Numbered from the stretch's first letter, positions 19,171-30,142 are shown. The stretch: 64,000 nucleotides of DNA from Salinivirgaceae bacterium (GCA_027858735.1 JAQICC010000146.1:505-64504), one strand, 5' to 3'. A program made the numbers and translations. The notes: generated by a model not told the origin, from the sequence alone.

Positions 19171-19689
19171 ATGAAGTTTTTAAAATTATTTTCAATAATC
19201 GCTGCTGTAGTATTTACTGCTACCTCGTGTAATAACGACGCTAAAACCGTACAAAAGGATACTATTGAAGATCTTGAGAATGCGTTTTATAGCTCCGAGT
19301 CATTTAACAAAGAAAAAGGCCTTGAAATTTTACATTTATATGCTGAATATGCAAATACCTACCCTGACGATTCGCTTTCAGCTGGCTTTCTATACAAAGC
19401 AGCCGAAATATCAATGAATTTGCAACTGCCTCAACAATCAATTGATTATTATAATCAGGTAATTTCTCAATATCCAGAATTCAACAAAAAACCAGAATGC
19501 TTATTTTTGACAGCATTTGTTTATGAAAACCAATTACAAAATATTGAAAAAGCTGGTGAGCTTTACTCTCTTTTTATTGCAGAATATCCTAATCATCCAT
19601 TGGCAAAAGATGCGCAGGCCTCTATTCGCTTTTTAGGTAAAAGCCCTGAAGAATTAGTGAAAATTTTTCAGGAAATGAATGAAAAATAA
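19171..19689 (+). CDS. TPR-repeat lipoprotein
   Basis: Lipoprotein signal (FTATSC) and TPR-like helical repeats (YPNHPLAKDAQ). Confidence 0.7.
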   Translation: MKFLKLFSIIAAVVFTATSCNNDAKTVQKDTIEDLENAFYSSESFNKEKGLEILHLYAEYANTYPDDSLSAGFLYKAAEISMNLQLPQQSIDYYNQVISQYPEFNKKPECLFLTAFVYENQLQNIEKAGELYSLFIAEYPNHPLAKDAQASIRFLGKSPEELVKIFQEMNEK

Positions 19690-19720
19690 AAATTCGAATA
19701 AACTAAAAGATTAGAATATA

Positions 19721-19756
19721 AACACCATCATGCTTTAATGATGGTGTTTTTTATTT
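19721..19756 (+). terminator. Rho-independent terminator
   Basis: Perfect 11-bp stem aacaccatcat (19721..19731) / atgatggtgtt (19738..19748) with a 6-nt loop, followed by a T run. Confidence 0.85.
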
Positions 19757-19799
19757 GTAGGTGTTCTAAAAATAACTAAATTAGACAAAACCTTTACCC

Positions 19800-21875
19800 A
19801 TGGTTTTCTTGAAAAACAATCCATTTATTAAATTAGTACTGCCATTAATCTTTGGTATTCTAATTCAATATTTCATAAAAATACCTTTCTCAATAATTGT
19901 CTCGCTTTTATTGTTGAGCTTTCTTTTTTGGGCTATTACCGCTATTTTAAAACTATCTTATAAACTTCAATACTTGTATGGAATAGCATTAAACTTTTTT
20001 TTGTTTTCTGCAAGCACTTTTCTAGTTCACCATTCGAAAGCTGAAAATAATGCCAACACAAACATGAACAATACGGTTGTATTAGCTGGCGAAATTAATA
20101 AACCTCTTGAAAAACAAGAAAAATTCTACAAAACCGAAATCACAGTAACAGCCTTTAAACAAGGAGCCTCTTGGACCGATTTTAACACTACGATTATAGC
20201 CTATTTTAACGATGATTTTGCAGACACCTTAAAAGCTGGTAACAAGGTTATGCTGAACACAAAACTCAATAATTTTAAGAAAAGGCTTAATCCTTTTGGA
20301 TTTGACTATGCCAAATACATGGAAATAAAAAACATAACCAATACCGTTTATTTAAATAAAGGCGATTGGATTCTACTTTCAGATAGCAAAGGCAACATTA
20401 AAACAAGAGCGCTTAATATTCGCGAACAAATAATCGGCTTATACGAGAGAAATGGAATTGCTGATGATAATTTAGCGGTATTATGTGCACTAACACTGGG
20501 TTACAAGAATAAGCTTGATGAAAAGGTGAGAAAAGCATACTGTGGCGCTGGAGCTATGCATGTATTGGCGGTTTCGGGATTACACGTTGCTATTTTATAT
20601 GCCATACTTAGTGTCATATTACTTTTTATACCCTTTAAAAAGCTTCGCGTATTTATTATAATTATTGCCCTATGGGCATACGCTTTCATTACAGGCTTAT
20701 CACCGTCAGTTATGCGTGCAACAATAATGTTTTCATTTATTATTGGAGGTCAATTAATAGGAAAAAAAATAAACATCTATAATTCTTTGGCCGCATCAGC
20801 TTTTTTACTCCTTATAATAAACCCCTTATTGATTTTCGAGGTTGGATTCCAGTTATCGTACATAGCAGTAATAGGCATTGTTTTTTTTCATCCAAAAATA
20901 TATTGCTTGTTTTATTTCCCAAACAAATTACTGCAAAAATTATGGTCGTTAACTGCGGTCTCAATAGCTGCACAACTTGTTACTTTTCCATTAACTATTT
21001 ATCATTTCAATCAGTTTCCAACTTACTTTTGGATATCAAACATCGGTGTAACATTCGCAGCTATGATCTTAATTATTCTCGCCTTTTTACTTTCCATTTC
21101 GTTTAGCTGGGTGTTTATTTCAAAAATTATAGCCCTGCTTATAAATGGTGCTCTTAATATTAATAGCCACTTTATTCAGTGGATAAATGAATTACCAGGA
21201 GCCATTATTCCAAATATTTCGTTTATTTCAAGTCAAGTTTATTTATTGTATGCCATTCTAATATGTATTTCATTTTACATAATGACCAAGAAATATAGAG
21301 CTATAACCATGAGTATGTTTTTAATATTATGCTCGGGTACAATTCGCCTTTATCAGAATATTAGCATAAAAAATCAGCAAGCTGTATGTGTATATCACAC
21401 GAAAGCCGAAACTGCCATTCAATTTATTTCAAGCAATAACTCCATATGGTTAACTTCAAGCAAAAAGGAAAAATCACGAATTAACCAATTAGTAACAAAT
21501 GGAAATATATTTTGGGGGTCTGAACAAAATAGCCTTTTCTTGCTTGAAAATGTTGACAGTAGTATTATGAATAAAAGTTTTTGGTACTATAATAAAGGGT
21601 ATTGGGCAATGCAAAACTCTCAAGGATTAATTATAAATACCCAAACTTATTTGCCACAATCACCTAAAGACTCCATTAAACTTAACTATCTTTTTGTCAC
21701 AGGAAGTCCATCGTTTTCATTAAATGATTTATCGGATAAAATAACATACAATAAAGTTATAATTGACGGATCGGTTCCATACTGGAAAGCTAGAGCGTTC
21801 GTTCCAGAAGGTTCTAATTCAAATGTTTATTATACAAAAAATAATGGAGCTTTTATAAATTCAGAAAATTTCTAA
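19800..21875 (+). CDS. ComEC/Rec2 family DNA internalization channel protein
   Basis: 691 aa polytopic membrane protein with a Competence-domain signature (GAGAMHVLAVSGLHV) and an N-terminal DUF4131-like region. No C-terminal metallo-beta-lactamase domain recognised. Confidence 0.85.
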   Translation: MVFLKNNPFIKLVLPLIFGILIQYFIKIPFSIIVSLLLLSFLFWAITAILKLSYKLQYLYGIALNFFLFSASTFLVHHSKAENNANTNMNNTVVLAGEINKPLEKQEKFYKTEITVTAFKQGASWTDFNTTIIAYFNDDFADTLKAGNKVMLNTKLNNFKKRLNPFGFDYAKYMEIKNITNTVYLNKGDWILLSDSKGNIKTRALNIREQIIGLYERNGIADDNLAVLCALTLGYKNKLDEKVRKAYCGAGAMHVLAVSGLHVAILYAILSVILLFIPFKKLRVFIIIIALWAYAFITGLSPSVMRATIMFSFIIGGQLIGKKINIYNSLAASAFLLLIINPLLIFEVGFQLSYIAVIGIVFFHPKIYCLFYFPNKLLQKLWSLTAVSIAAQLVTFPLTIYHFNQFPTYFWISNIGVTFAAMILIILAFLLSISFSWVFISKIIALLINGALNINSHFIQWINELPGAIIPNISFISSQVYLLYAILICISFYIMTKKYRAITMSMFLILCSGTIRLYQNISIKNQQAVCVYHTKAETAIQFISSNNSIWLTSSKKEKSRINQLVTNGNIFWGSEQNSLFLLENVDSSIMNKSFWYYNKGYWAMQNSQGLIINTQTYLPQSPKDSIKLNYLFVTGSPSFSLNDLSDKITYNKVIIDGSVPYWKARAFVPEGSNSNVYYTKNNGAFINSENF

Positions 21876-21974
21876 TGCAAAACAGCAAAACTGTATATTT
21901 TACGAAAAAGTTTATCGGTATCTTGGATATATCGAAGTATTATATATTACTTTGCGTTTTTATAAAATTATATC

Positions 21975-23315
21975 ATGAGAATTATAATTGCCGGCATGGG
22001 AGCTATTGGAATGCACATGACCAAGATGCTTGCTGACGGAACTCACGAGATTGTCGTTATTGACAAACGGGAAGACATGTTACAGGAGGTGAGTACTCAT
22101 TATGATGTAATGACTGTGCATGGATCGGCCACTTCATTTGCAGACCTTAAAGAAGCTGGAATAAAGCGAACAGACCTTTTTGTTGCATTAACACATACAG
22201 TCGAGATAAATATCACAGCATGCATGATTGCCAAACAATTAGGTGCAAAAAAAACCATCGCTCGAATTGATAATCAGGAGTATCTATTGCCACTAAACAA
22301 GTCGCACTTTTTGAATATGGGTATTGACTCGCTAATTTACCCACAAAAGTTGGCAGCTCGCGAAATTATTAATCTACTTAACGAAACAGGCACAACAGAA
22401 GTTTTTAATTTTTATGGCGACAAACTTTCACTATTTGTACTTAAGCTTGAAAATGATGCACCCATTATTGGTAAAAAATTATCGGATGTTGCAATAAACA
22501 AAACAAACCTTGTTTTTAGGGCTGTTGCCATATCGCGTGAAGGTGAAACTCATATAGCACGACCCGATGAGCTGTTTCAGGAAGGTGATTTAGTATACGT
22601 AATTACCAACCAAAAAGGGGTGTCGCAAATGATGGCTTATGCCGGAACTCGACGTTTGGCTGTTAACAATGTGATGGTACTGGGTGGCAGTCAAATGGCG
22701 GTACGAACTGCTCATGTTATGGAGAAAAACTCCAATATAAAAATTATTGAAATTGATAAAAAGAAATCGGAAGAACTAGCCGACTACCTCTCTAATACTT
22801 TAGTTATTAATGCCGATGGCAGAGACCTTGAAACCCTTAAAGAAGAAGGGTTAGGTATGATGGATGTTTTTATTGCAGTTACCGGAAACGATGAATTAAA
22901 TATTTTATCGTGCATTCAGGCTAAAAAAATGGGTGTTAAAAAAACTATAGCTTCTGTTGAGAATATTGAATACTTGCATTTAGCTGAATCAATGGGAATT
23001 GATGCCATTATTAATAAAAAGATGATAGCTGCAAGCTATATCCTCCGATTTACAATGAAAGCCGAAGTACCTTCATTCTTGTGCTTAACAGGCTCCGATG
23101 CCGAAGTACTGGAGTTTATCGTTAAACAAGATTCAAAAATCACGAAGACCCCAATAAGCGAGTTAGAATTCCCAAAAGATGCCATTATAGGTGGAGTAAT
23201 CCGCGATAAATCCAGCTTTATTGCCACCGGCACTACCCACATTAAAGATCAGGATCGTGTAGTAGTGTTTGCATTGCCTTCTGCATTGCAAAAGGTCGAC
23301 AAATTCTTTAATTAA
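21975..23315 (+). CDS. trkA: Trk potassium uptake system NAD-binding subunit TrkA
   Basis: Two tandem RCK/TrkA-N modules (MRIIIAGMGAIGMHM and VMVLGGSQMAVRTA). Confidence 0.9.
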   Translation: MRIIIAGMGAIGMHMTKMLADGTHEIVVIDKREDMLQEVSTHYDVMTVHGSATSFADLKEAGIKRTDLFVALTHTVEINITACMIAKQLGAKKTIARIDNQEYLLPLNKSHFLNMGIDSLIYPQKLAAREIINLLNETGTTEVFNFYGDKLSLFVLKLENDAPIIGKKLSDVAINKTNLVFRAVAISREGETHIARPDELFQEGDLVYVITNQKGVSQMMAYAGTRRLAVNNVMVLGGSQMAVRTAHVMEKNSNIKIIEIDKKKSEELADYLSNTLVINADGRDLETLKEEGLGMMDVFIAVTGNDELNILSCIQAKKMGVKKTIASVENIEYLHLAESMGIDAIINKKMIAASYILRFTMKAEVPSFLCLTGSDAEVLEFIVKQDSKITKTPISELEFPKDAIIGGVIRDKSSFIATGTTHIKDQDRVVVFALPSALQKVDKFFN

Positions 23316-23320
23316 AAGAA

Positions 23321-24784
23321 ATGAACACCTTTTCAATAATAAATAAGAAAATAATCTTTCGCCTTTTAGGATACCTATTAATTCTAGAATCATTTTTTTT
23401 ATTGGTATCCTATATTGTATCTATAATTTATAAAGATGATACTGGTGCAGCATTCCTAATTTCATTTGCAATTACTTTTGTCACTGGCGGTAGTGCAGTA
23501 TTCTTCACACGCAAATCGAAAAAAGATTTTGGTAAACGAGAAGGTTACATTATTGTAAGCATAGTATGGATTATATGCTCGCTATTTGGCTCACTACCTT
23601 ATATTATAAATGGTTCAATTCCCAATTTCACCAATGCCTTTTTTGAGACCATGTCAGGTTTCACAACTACCGGAGCATCAATACTTAATAACATTGAGGA
23701 ATTGCCTCACAGCATACTATTTTGGCGAAGCCTCACACAATGGATGGGCGGTATGGGTATTATTGTTTTATCATTGGCAATTTTACCCTTTTTAGGAATG
23801 GGAGGCGTACAGCTATTCTCGGCAGAAGTACCTGGTTTAACTCCTGACAAAATGCACCCCAGAGTAAAAGAAACTGCTCAACGACTATGGATTATTTATG
23901 TCGGATTTACTGCAGCTGAAACACTTTTGCTTTGGATTGGCGATATGAACTTCTTTGATTCAATAAACCATGCTTTCACAACCATGGCAACTGGAGGTTA
24001 TTCTACCAAACAAACCAGTATTGCATTTTATACAAGCCCTTATATTCAATATGTAATAATACTATTTATGTTTATTGCAGGAGTAAACTTTTCCTTACCC
24101 TATTTTGCCTTAAAATTTCAGTTTAAAAAAGTATTTCGAAACGAAGAACTTAAAACCTACACCCTAATAACCATTGCATTTACCTTAGTAATTGCCCTCA
24201 AACTATTCATTACCGGAAATGGATCACTGGAACAATCCTTTCGTGATGCTATGTTTCAGGTAGTATCAATATTAACAACTACCGGCTATGTAACTGCCGA
24301 TTATTTATTGTGGACTCCACTGTTAATTGCTTTAATATTTACGCTTATGTTTATTGGAGGGTCGTCGGGATCAACTGGTGGTGGTGTTAAAGTTATTAGA
24401 GTATTGCTTATTCTTAAAAACTGCTTTTACGAATTAAAAAGGTTGGTGCATCCAAAAGCCATTATTCCAATGCGCTTGAATGGAAAAACAGTACCCCAAC
24501 CTCTGGTTAATAACGTGTTGGCATTTATTGTATTTTATTTGTTGATATTTATGATAAGTTCTGTTTTTATGGCCAGCTTAGGTCTTGATATGGAATCGGC
24601 AATGGGATCGGTTGCCACAACTCTGGGAAATATTGGCCCCGGATTAGGTTCCGTAGGTCCAGCAGAAAATTTTAGTCACATCCCAAGTATTGGCAAATGG
24701 GTACTTAGCTTTTTAATGCTATTAGGACGCCTAGAATTATTTACCGTGCTTATTCTATTTGCACCTTCGTTCTGGAAGAAGTAA
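23321..24784 (+). CDS. trkH: TrkH family potassium transporter
   Basis: 487 aa polytopic protein with repeated selectivity-filter-like GFTTTG, TGGYST, TTTGYV and TLGNIGPG motifs. Starts 5 nt after trkA. Confidence 0.9.
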   Translation: MNTFSIINKKIIFRLLGYLLILESFFLLVSYIVSIIYKDDTGAAFLISFAITFVTGGSAVFFTRKSKKDFGKREGYIIVSIVWIICSLFGSLPYIINGSIPNFTNAFFETMSGFTTTGASILNNIEELPHSILFWRSLTQWMGGMGIIVLSLAILPFLGMGGVQLFSAEVPGLTPDKMHPRVKETAQRLWIIYVGFTAAETLLLWIGDMNFFDSINHAFTTMATGGYSTKQTSIAFYTSPYIQYVIILFMFIAGVNFSLPYFALKFQFKKVFRNEELKTYTLITIAFTLVIALKLFITGNGSLEQSFRDAMFQVVSILTTTGYVTADYLLWTPLLIALIFTLMFIGGSSGSTGGGVKVIRVLLILKNCFYELKRLVHPKAIIPMRLNGKTVPQPLVNNVLAFIVFYLLIFMISSVFMASLGLDMESAMGSVATTLGNIGPGLGSVGPAENFSHIPSIGKWVLSFLMLLGRLELFTVLILFAPSFWKK

Positions 24785-24804
24785 ATATTTTGCAAAAATG
24801 TCTA

Positions 24805-27800
24805 TTAAACTTCATATGCTCCCGGCAACGAAAGATAGAAAGTACTACCCATTCCAGGCTTTGACTTAACCCAAATTTTACCTCCCATTAATTCAACCAA
24901 ACTTTTTGAAATAGCTAATCCTAATCCACCCCCTCTGAACGGATTGGTATCATTATCATCAATTCTATGAAATCGATTAAATATAACTTCTAAATTTTCC
25001 TGACCAATTCCAATGCCAGTATCAGTAACCCGTATAACAACATTATCATCTTGTTTATAGGCTGTAAGTGTAATAATTCCGTGAGAAGTATACTTTATTG
25101 CATTACTTACCAAATTATTGAACACCTGCTTTAATCGCAATGAATCTGCTTTAACAAACAACCTGATTGTTTGGCTATCGGCTAATTTTAATCGAACTTT
25201 AGGTTTTTCTTTCAGATATGGATGATGCAGAAACCATTCGTATGTTGATTCCATTAGCTTTTTTATAGAAATTTCCTTCTCCAACAATTGAATTTTTCCT
25301 GATTCAATGATTGAAATATCGAGAATATCATTAAGCAAAGTTAACAAGCTGCTACTATTTGAGCGAATTAAATTTATATACTCTTCTTGATCTTTTGCAT
25401 TTAAATTAGTGGATGCTAGTAAATCGGAAAACCCAATTATGGCATTCATTGGGGTACGAATTTCGTGACTCATATTCGCTAAAAAAGCAGATTTTAAACG
25501 ATCAGACTCCTCTGCCTTTTCCTTTGCAACAAAAAGTTCTTGGGTTCTTTGAAGCACTTGGTATTCTAAATTCTCAGCCGATTTTTGAATTTTCGATTTT
25601 TGAATAGCGATTCTATCACGTTGCGCTTGCAATTCCTCCTTTTGAGCTTGAATCTCTTCTGTACGCTCTCGAACCGTGCGCTCAAGTCTGAAATTTATAC
25701 GTCTAATTCTCTGAACGCGTCTACGAATATACCAAAGAATCAGCATAACAATTATTAAACCCTCTAACATATAAAACCAAATTTGCTTATAAAAGGGTGG
25801 GTAAATGTGAATTGCTATTTGTTTGGTATTTTCAATCCATAATTGCTCGCTATTGGTTGATTGAATTTCAAGAGTATACTTACCTGGAGGTAGATTTGTA
25901 AATGTTACTTTCCCATTATTATTCAAATCAATCCAATTACGTGTATTTGGGAAAAACCTATAACGATATTGTATTTTTTTGGAATGATTGTATTCGAGAG
26001 CAGTAAAATCAAGTTCAATCAATTTTTCTTGATAGCTTAGTTTTATCTCGTTAATGCTAATTATTGATTGTGCAAGTGGTATTTTTCCAAATCGCTCCTC
26101 AAGTGGATGAACCTCTTGCCCATTTAAAGAAAGTTTCGTAAAAAATATATCTGGCTCCATTGACTCGACAAAAATCTCATTTGGATTAAAAATATTAATC
26201 CCATTAATACCACCAAATACTAAAAGCCCACTTTTGGTTTTTAAAGCTGCTGTATTAAATTCGTTACTTTGCAGACCATCATAAGCGTTAAAATTTGATA
26301 TCTGATACGTATTTTTATTCATACGGGTTAATCCCTTATTGGAAGTAAACCACATGTCATCTCCGTCTTCAAGTATGCTATAAATAACCGCATTAGGCAA
26401 TCCTTGTTCAATCCCCAAACGCAATAATTCTTTAGTATCAGCATTATAAATAATAATCCCAAATTGGGTACCGAACCAAAGCCTTCCTTCTTTATCTTCC
26501 TGAATATAATTAATTTCTAATTTCGATAGAACATTATCATTCATTAAATCAGGCTCAAATAAATAAACACTATCTGTATTAAAATTATATGTGTGCAAGC
26601 CGTTATCGGTACCAAACCATATGTTCCCTTTTGAATCGGAGTAAATGTGCCATACCAATTTATTAGGGGCGGTACTATCACTATTAAGTTTGTATTGCTT
26701 CCAGGTTTTTGTGATTTTCGAATATTTAGCTAACCCTTGATAAGTTCCTGCCCAAATATTTCCATCTTTATCTTGTTCTAAGCAAAAAACTTCATTGTTT
26801 GGTAAGGACGTTGAATCATTCGGATTATTTTTAATAACTCCAAAGGTTTCTGATTCAAAATCATAAACATTAATGCCTTCCGGAGAAGCTAACCACATGA
26901 AACCATCCTTATCCATGAGCAAATCCCAAAGACGGTTGTCTGAAATCGACTTATTAGTCCCATCAGCTCTGAAGTTTTTAAAGAATTTTTCTTGTCTATT
27001 AAAAATACTTAATCCATCTGTAGTAGCTATCCAAATATTATTATCATCATCTTCTTCTAATCCAAATACTTCATTGCCAATTAAAGAATTGTTACTGGTA
27101 TGATAATAATGAATAAAAGGTGTTTGCAACATATTAAAAAATGAAAGACCCTTATCGGAATGGCCTACCCATACTGTTTTATTGCGATCAATAAAAATCG
27201 AATACAATTTATTTGAAGGCAAGGAGTATTTATTTTCTACTTGATGCGTAATAGATTGTACTTCACCATAAATATTATGAACAATTATTCCACTTTCGTA
27301 AGTTGCCATCCAAATATTTTTTTCATCATCAACAACTATTGAGCTAATCTTTGTGTCGCCATATCCAAATTCTGTAAATGTAAACTCTCTAATACTGAAT
27401 TTAAATAAGCCTCCATCAGTTACCAATATTAGAGTATCCTTTGTGTACGATGCAATCTGACTAATAATATTTTCGTTGTAACTATTTGTTTTATTTATGG
27501 GATTCTTAAATATCTCAAATCCATCCACGTCTTTACTGTATTTGCATAATCCCCCTTCATAGGTTCCAATCCATATATTCTTATCACTATCTTCATGAAG
27601 ACAAAGGGCTGAATGTTTCGGATAACCATTTTCTCGATCTTCGCCATAATTGTATGACTTAATTTTACCTGTTTGGGGAATATATCGGCTTACACCATCA
27701 TATGAGGCAATCCAAATAGAACTATCTGAGGCCTGCAATACATCATATATTAAATTGCCTACAATTGAATTTTCGGTTGAATCGACTACTAGATAAGTAA

Positions 27801-28143
27801 AAATCTCCTTTTCGGGGTTATAAATATTCAATCCACCTCCAGCCGTTGCTATATACAATTTACCATCGAGTCCTTCAGCTATATTATATATCGTACCGTA
27901 ATTTACAGTATATGGATCATTTTCTATTGGAGCAAATATTTTTAACTCCTTTCCATCATATCGGCATAGGCCATCATAGGTACCAAACCATATAAAACCT
28001 TTGGAATCCTGAAAAGTACATATTACTGAACTTTGAGGGAGGCCATCGTCTATGTCTAAATGCTGAAATCGATAATTTCCACCACCTGCAACAGCTACAT
28101 TTAGGCTTAAAGCAAAAAAAATAAAAAATAAAATCTTTGGCAC
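24805..28143 (-). CDS. Sensor histidine kinase with periplasmic two-component-regulator propeller / Y_Y_Y sensor (HTCS-like, but no receiver or HTH)
   Basis: Signal peptide, then about 750 aa of beta-propeller repeats (IWFGT, IWIGT, LWFGT motifs) and a Y_Y_Y-like module. One TM helix (IWFYMLEGLIIVMLILWYI), a coiled coil, an intact H box (MSHEIRTPMNAIIGF) and HATPase_c (DTGIGI, GGGLGLAISK). Confidence 0.88.
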   Translation of the reverse strand: MPKILFFIFFALSLNVAVAGGGNYRFQHLDIDDGLPQSSVICTFQDSKGFIWFGTYDGLCRYDGKELKIFAPIENDPYTVNYGTIYNIAEGLDGKLYIATAGGGLNIYNPEKEIFTYLVVDSTENSIVGNLIYDVLQASDSSIWIASYDGVSRYIPQTGKIKSYNYGEDRENGYPKHSALCLHEDSDKNIWIGTYEGGLCKYSKDVDGFEIFKNPINKTNSYNENIISQIASYTKDTLILVTDGGLFKFSIREFTFTEFGYGDTKISSIVVDDEKNIWMATYESGIIVHNIYGEVQSITHQVENKYSLPSNKLYSIFIDRNKTVWVGHSDKGLSFFNMLQTPFIHYYHTSNNSLIGNEVFGLEEDDDNNIWIATTDGLSIFNRQEKFFKNFRADGTNKSISDNRLWDLLMDKDGFMWLASPEGINVYDFESETFGVIKNNPNDSTSLPNNEVFCLEQDKDGNIWAGTYQGLAKYSKITKTWKQYKLNSDSTAPNKLVWHIYSDSKGNIWFGTDNGLHTYNFNTDSVYLFEPDLMNDNVLSKLEINYIQEDKEGRLWFGTQFGIIIYNADTKELLRLGIEQGLPNAVIYSILEDGDDMWFTSNKGLTRMNKNTYQISNFNAYDGLQSNEFNTAALKTKSGLLVFGGINGINIFNPNEIFVESMEPDIFFTKLSLNGQEVHPLEERFGKIPLAQSIISINEIKLSYQEKLIELDFTALEYNHSKKIQYRYRFFPNTRNWIDLNNNGKVTFTNLPPGKYTLEIQSTNSEQLWIENTKQIAIHIYPPFYKQIWFYMLEGLIIVMLILWYIRRRVQRIRRINFRLERTVRERTEEIQAQKEELQAQRDRIAIQKSKIQKSAENLEYQVLQRTQELFVAKEKAEESDRLKSAFLANMSHEIRTPMNAIIGFSDLLASTNLNAKDQEEYINLIRSNSSSLLTLLNDILDISIIESGKIQLLEKEISIKKLMESTYEWFLHHPYLKEKPKVRLKLADSQTIRLFVKADSLRLKQVFNNLVSNAIKYTSHGIITLTAYKQDDNVVIRVTDTGIGIGQENLEVIFNRFHRIDDNDTNPFRGGGLGLAISKSLVELMGGKIWVKSKPGMGSTFYLSLPGAYEV

Positions 28144-28327
28144 TATTACCCTAGTTTATTATGTTAACGGTTTTACGGCAAAAACGGAAATTTGTTATAT
28201 AATTGTTGAAATATACTTAATAAATTTGATCTACCTCAAATTTACAAGACCTAAGCACGCTTTTTACCCAATAGTTTTTGAAAATATAATATTTCAACTA
28301 TTTTTAAACCTTCATAACCTAAAATTA

Positions 28328-28867
28328 ATGCAGAAAAATCATTTAGAAAATACTACTCAGAACAGCAGAATTAATATCATCTGGTGCTTTTTAAATAGGC
28401 ATATAAATTTTAAAATAGGTATTTTATCTGGTTTCGCTGCGGGTTCAATAGTTTTTGCAATTAATATAAGTCATGGTTTTCTTCCCGCAATTGCCAGTTT
28501 AGCAAAACAATTTGGATTTAATTTAATAATGGCCGGATTTAACACTAGATCTTGTGAGAAAATAGTAAAAAAAATCGATCATAATCTTCTCTCCCTTTTT
28601 CTTGCCTCAGTTATACCTACCCTACAAGCATTCTTAATTTTATATTGCATTCATTACTTTGGCAAAACTCCTAAACCTATGGCAAGTACCATTTGGCAAG
28701 TCCCTTTAAATTTAGGAATATTCTTATTTTTTGCATTAGTATTCAGGCAAGTTATCACTATAAAAAGCCCATCATTTAAAAAAATACTAAGCGCTTTTCG
28801 GCTTCGATTTTTTTCACAACAAAAAAGGTTGAATGGAATTGGTAAAAGTAGAAAACAGGCAAGTTAG
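28328..28867 (+). CDS. Hypothetical multi-pass membrane protein
   Basis: Four or more hydrophobic segments, no family recognised. ATG at 28328 preferred over the TTG at 28226. Confidence 0.5.
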   Translation: MQKNHLENTTQNSRINIIWCFLNRHINFKIGILSGFAAGSIVFAINISHGFLPAIASLAKQFGFNLIMAGFNTRSCEKIVKKIDHNLLSLFLASVIPTLQAFLILYCIHYFGKTPKPMASTIWQVPLNLGIFLFFALVFRQVITIKSPSFKKILSAFRLRFFSQQKRLNGIGKSRKQAS

Positions 28868-28966
28868 TGTTTGTCTATAATGTCCTACTCCTTCCTGCCC
28901 GAATAAGTCAGACCGGCTTGAATTCGAACTTCATATTTCAAACACCAGTTTATGGACAGGCAGTAG

Positions 28967-29662
28967 CTAATCAAGTAAAACAGGCAACTCCTTAACTAAT
29001 TCTATAGAGTTTGGAGTAAGCTTCGCTTGAATGGCAATTATTTCAACACCATTTTGAAAAGCTTCAACTAATAATCGAGCATAGTTATTGTCAATTAATT
29101 TAGCCGGTCCAAAGCCTGACACATCAGTACGTTGAATAATATACAGCATTACAGCTCTATAACCATTTTTCTTTACTTCCATTAAAGTTTTAAGGTGCTT
29201 TTGCCCTCGTGTTGTAATAGCGTCGGGGAAAAGTGCCATTTCACCAACTTTCATAGTAACATTTTTCACTTCAACAAAGCACTTTTCTTGGTTGTTATCA
29301 CAGTAAATATCAAATCGGCTATCGTTAAAGGTTACTTCACGCTTAACTTTTGTATAACCAGAAAGCTTATCGATGGCATTTTCGTTAATGGCATTAAAGG
29401 CCAGCACGTTTGGCCAACTGGTATTAACACCTACCCATTTTTCATTTATCTTTATCATTTTCCACGTAAACCGCGTTTTACGTTTAGGATCGTTTACAGG
29501 CGTAAGGTAAACTTCAGCCCCTTCTTCAATACAACTTGTCATTGAGCCGGAGTTGGTACAATGCGCAACAACAACTTCTCCATTATCAAGCTTTACATCA
29601 GCAAGAAATCGTTTATACCGCTTTATTAAAATTCCGCGAACAAGACTTTGGGGAAAATTCAT
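28967..29662 (-). CDS. sfsA: DNA/RNA nuclease SfsA
   Basis: GILIKRYKRFLADVKLDNGEVVVAHCTNSGSM N-terminus is typical of SfsA; 231 aa. Confidence 0.92.
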   Translation of the reverse strand: MNFPQSLVRGILIKRYKRFLADVKLDNGEVVVAHCTNSGSMTSCIEEGAEVYLTPVNDPKRKTRFTWKMIKINEKWVGVNTSWPNVLAFNAINENAIDKLSGYTKVKREVTFNDSRFDIYCDNNQEKCFVEVKNVTMKVGEMALFPDAITTRGQKHLKTLMEVKKNGYRAVMLYIIQRTDVSGFGPAKLIDNNYARLLVEAFQNGVEIIAIQAKLTPNSIELVKELPVLLD

Positions 29663-29665
29663 TAA

Positions 29666-30142
29666 CTACCAGGACATTTTTTCCCAGCCAACACGATCAA
29701 GAAATGATTGCATCATATATTCCAATTCTTTAAGTCCTTCAGGAACTATAGATTGATGACTTACTGTTTTCTGTTTTCCATTAGAATCAAAAAACAAATA
29801 TTTTATTGATTCATTTGATTGATCTACTATATAGCTGTTATCAAATTTAAAAAAACGGGCTTCAGAAAAACTATTTATCACTTTATTGTATTCTTTCTCA
29901 CTCAACATTCTCATAAACTTCCCTTCTTTATCAAGATTTTTTATGGCTGTTAAGTACATTTGTTTATTGGTAAAAAGTTCTATTTTAAATTCTGGAGATT
30001 CTGTAGAATTTTCACAGGTTTGATTATATGAAATTATCAATTTTGCTTCTTCCTCGATATTTGAGCTTGAAACTACCTTGGTTTGTGTTTTACACGAAAA
30101 AATAACCAAAGCAACTATAAAAATATCTCCAATTTTTCCCAT
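29666..30142 (-). CDS. Hypothetical small lipoprotein
   Basis: Lipobox VIFSC, 158 aa, family not recognised. Its stop is 3 nt from the sfsA start. Confidence 0.6.
   Translation of the reverse strand: MGKIGDIFIVALVIFSCKTQTKVVSSSNIEEEAKLIISYNQTCENSTESPEFKIELFTNKQMYLTAIKNLDKEGKFMRMLSEKEYNKVINSFSEARFFKFDNSYIVDQSNESIKYLFFDSNGKQKTVSHQSIVPEGLKELEYMMQSFLDRVGWEKMSW

Noticed and set aside
28868-28966. Shared 10-mer ggacaggcag here and at 59404..59413, considered as a dispersed repeat.
   Set aside because: A single 10-mer match in 64 kb on two strands is within chance expectation, and the flanking sequence does not align.
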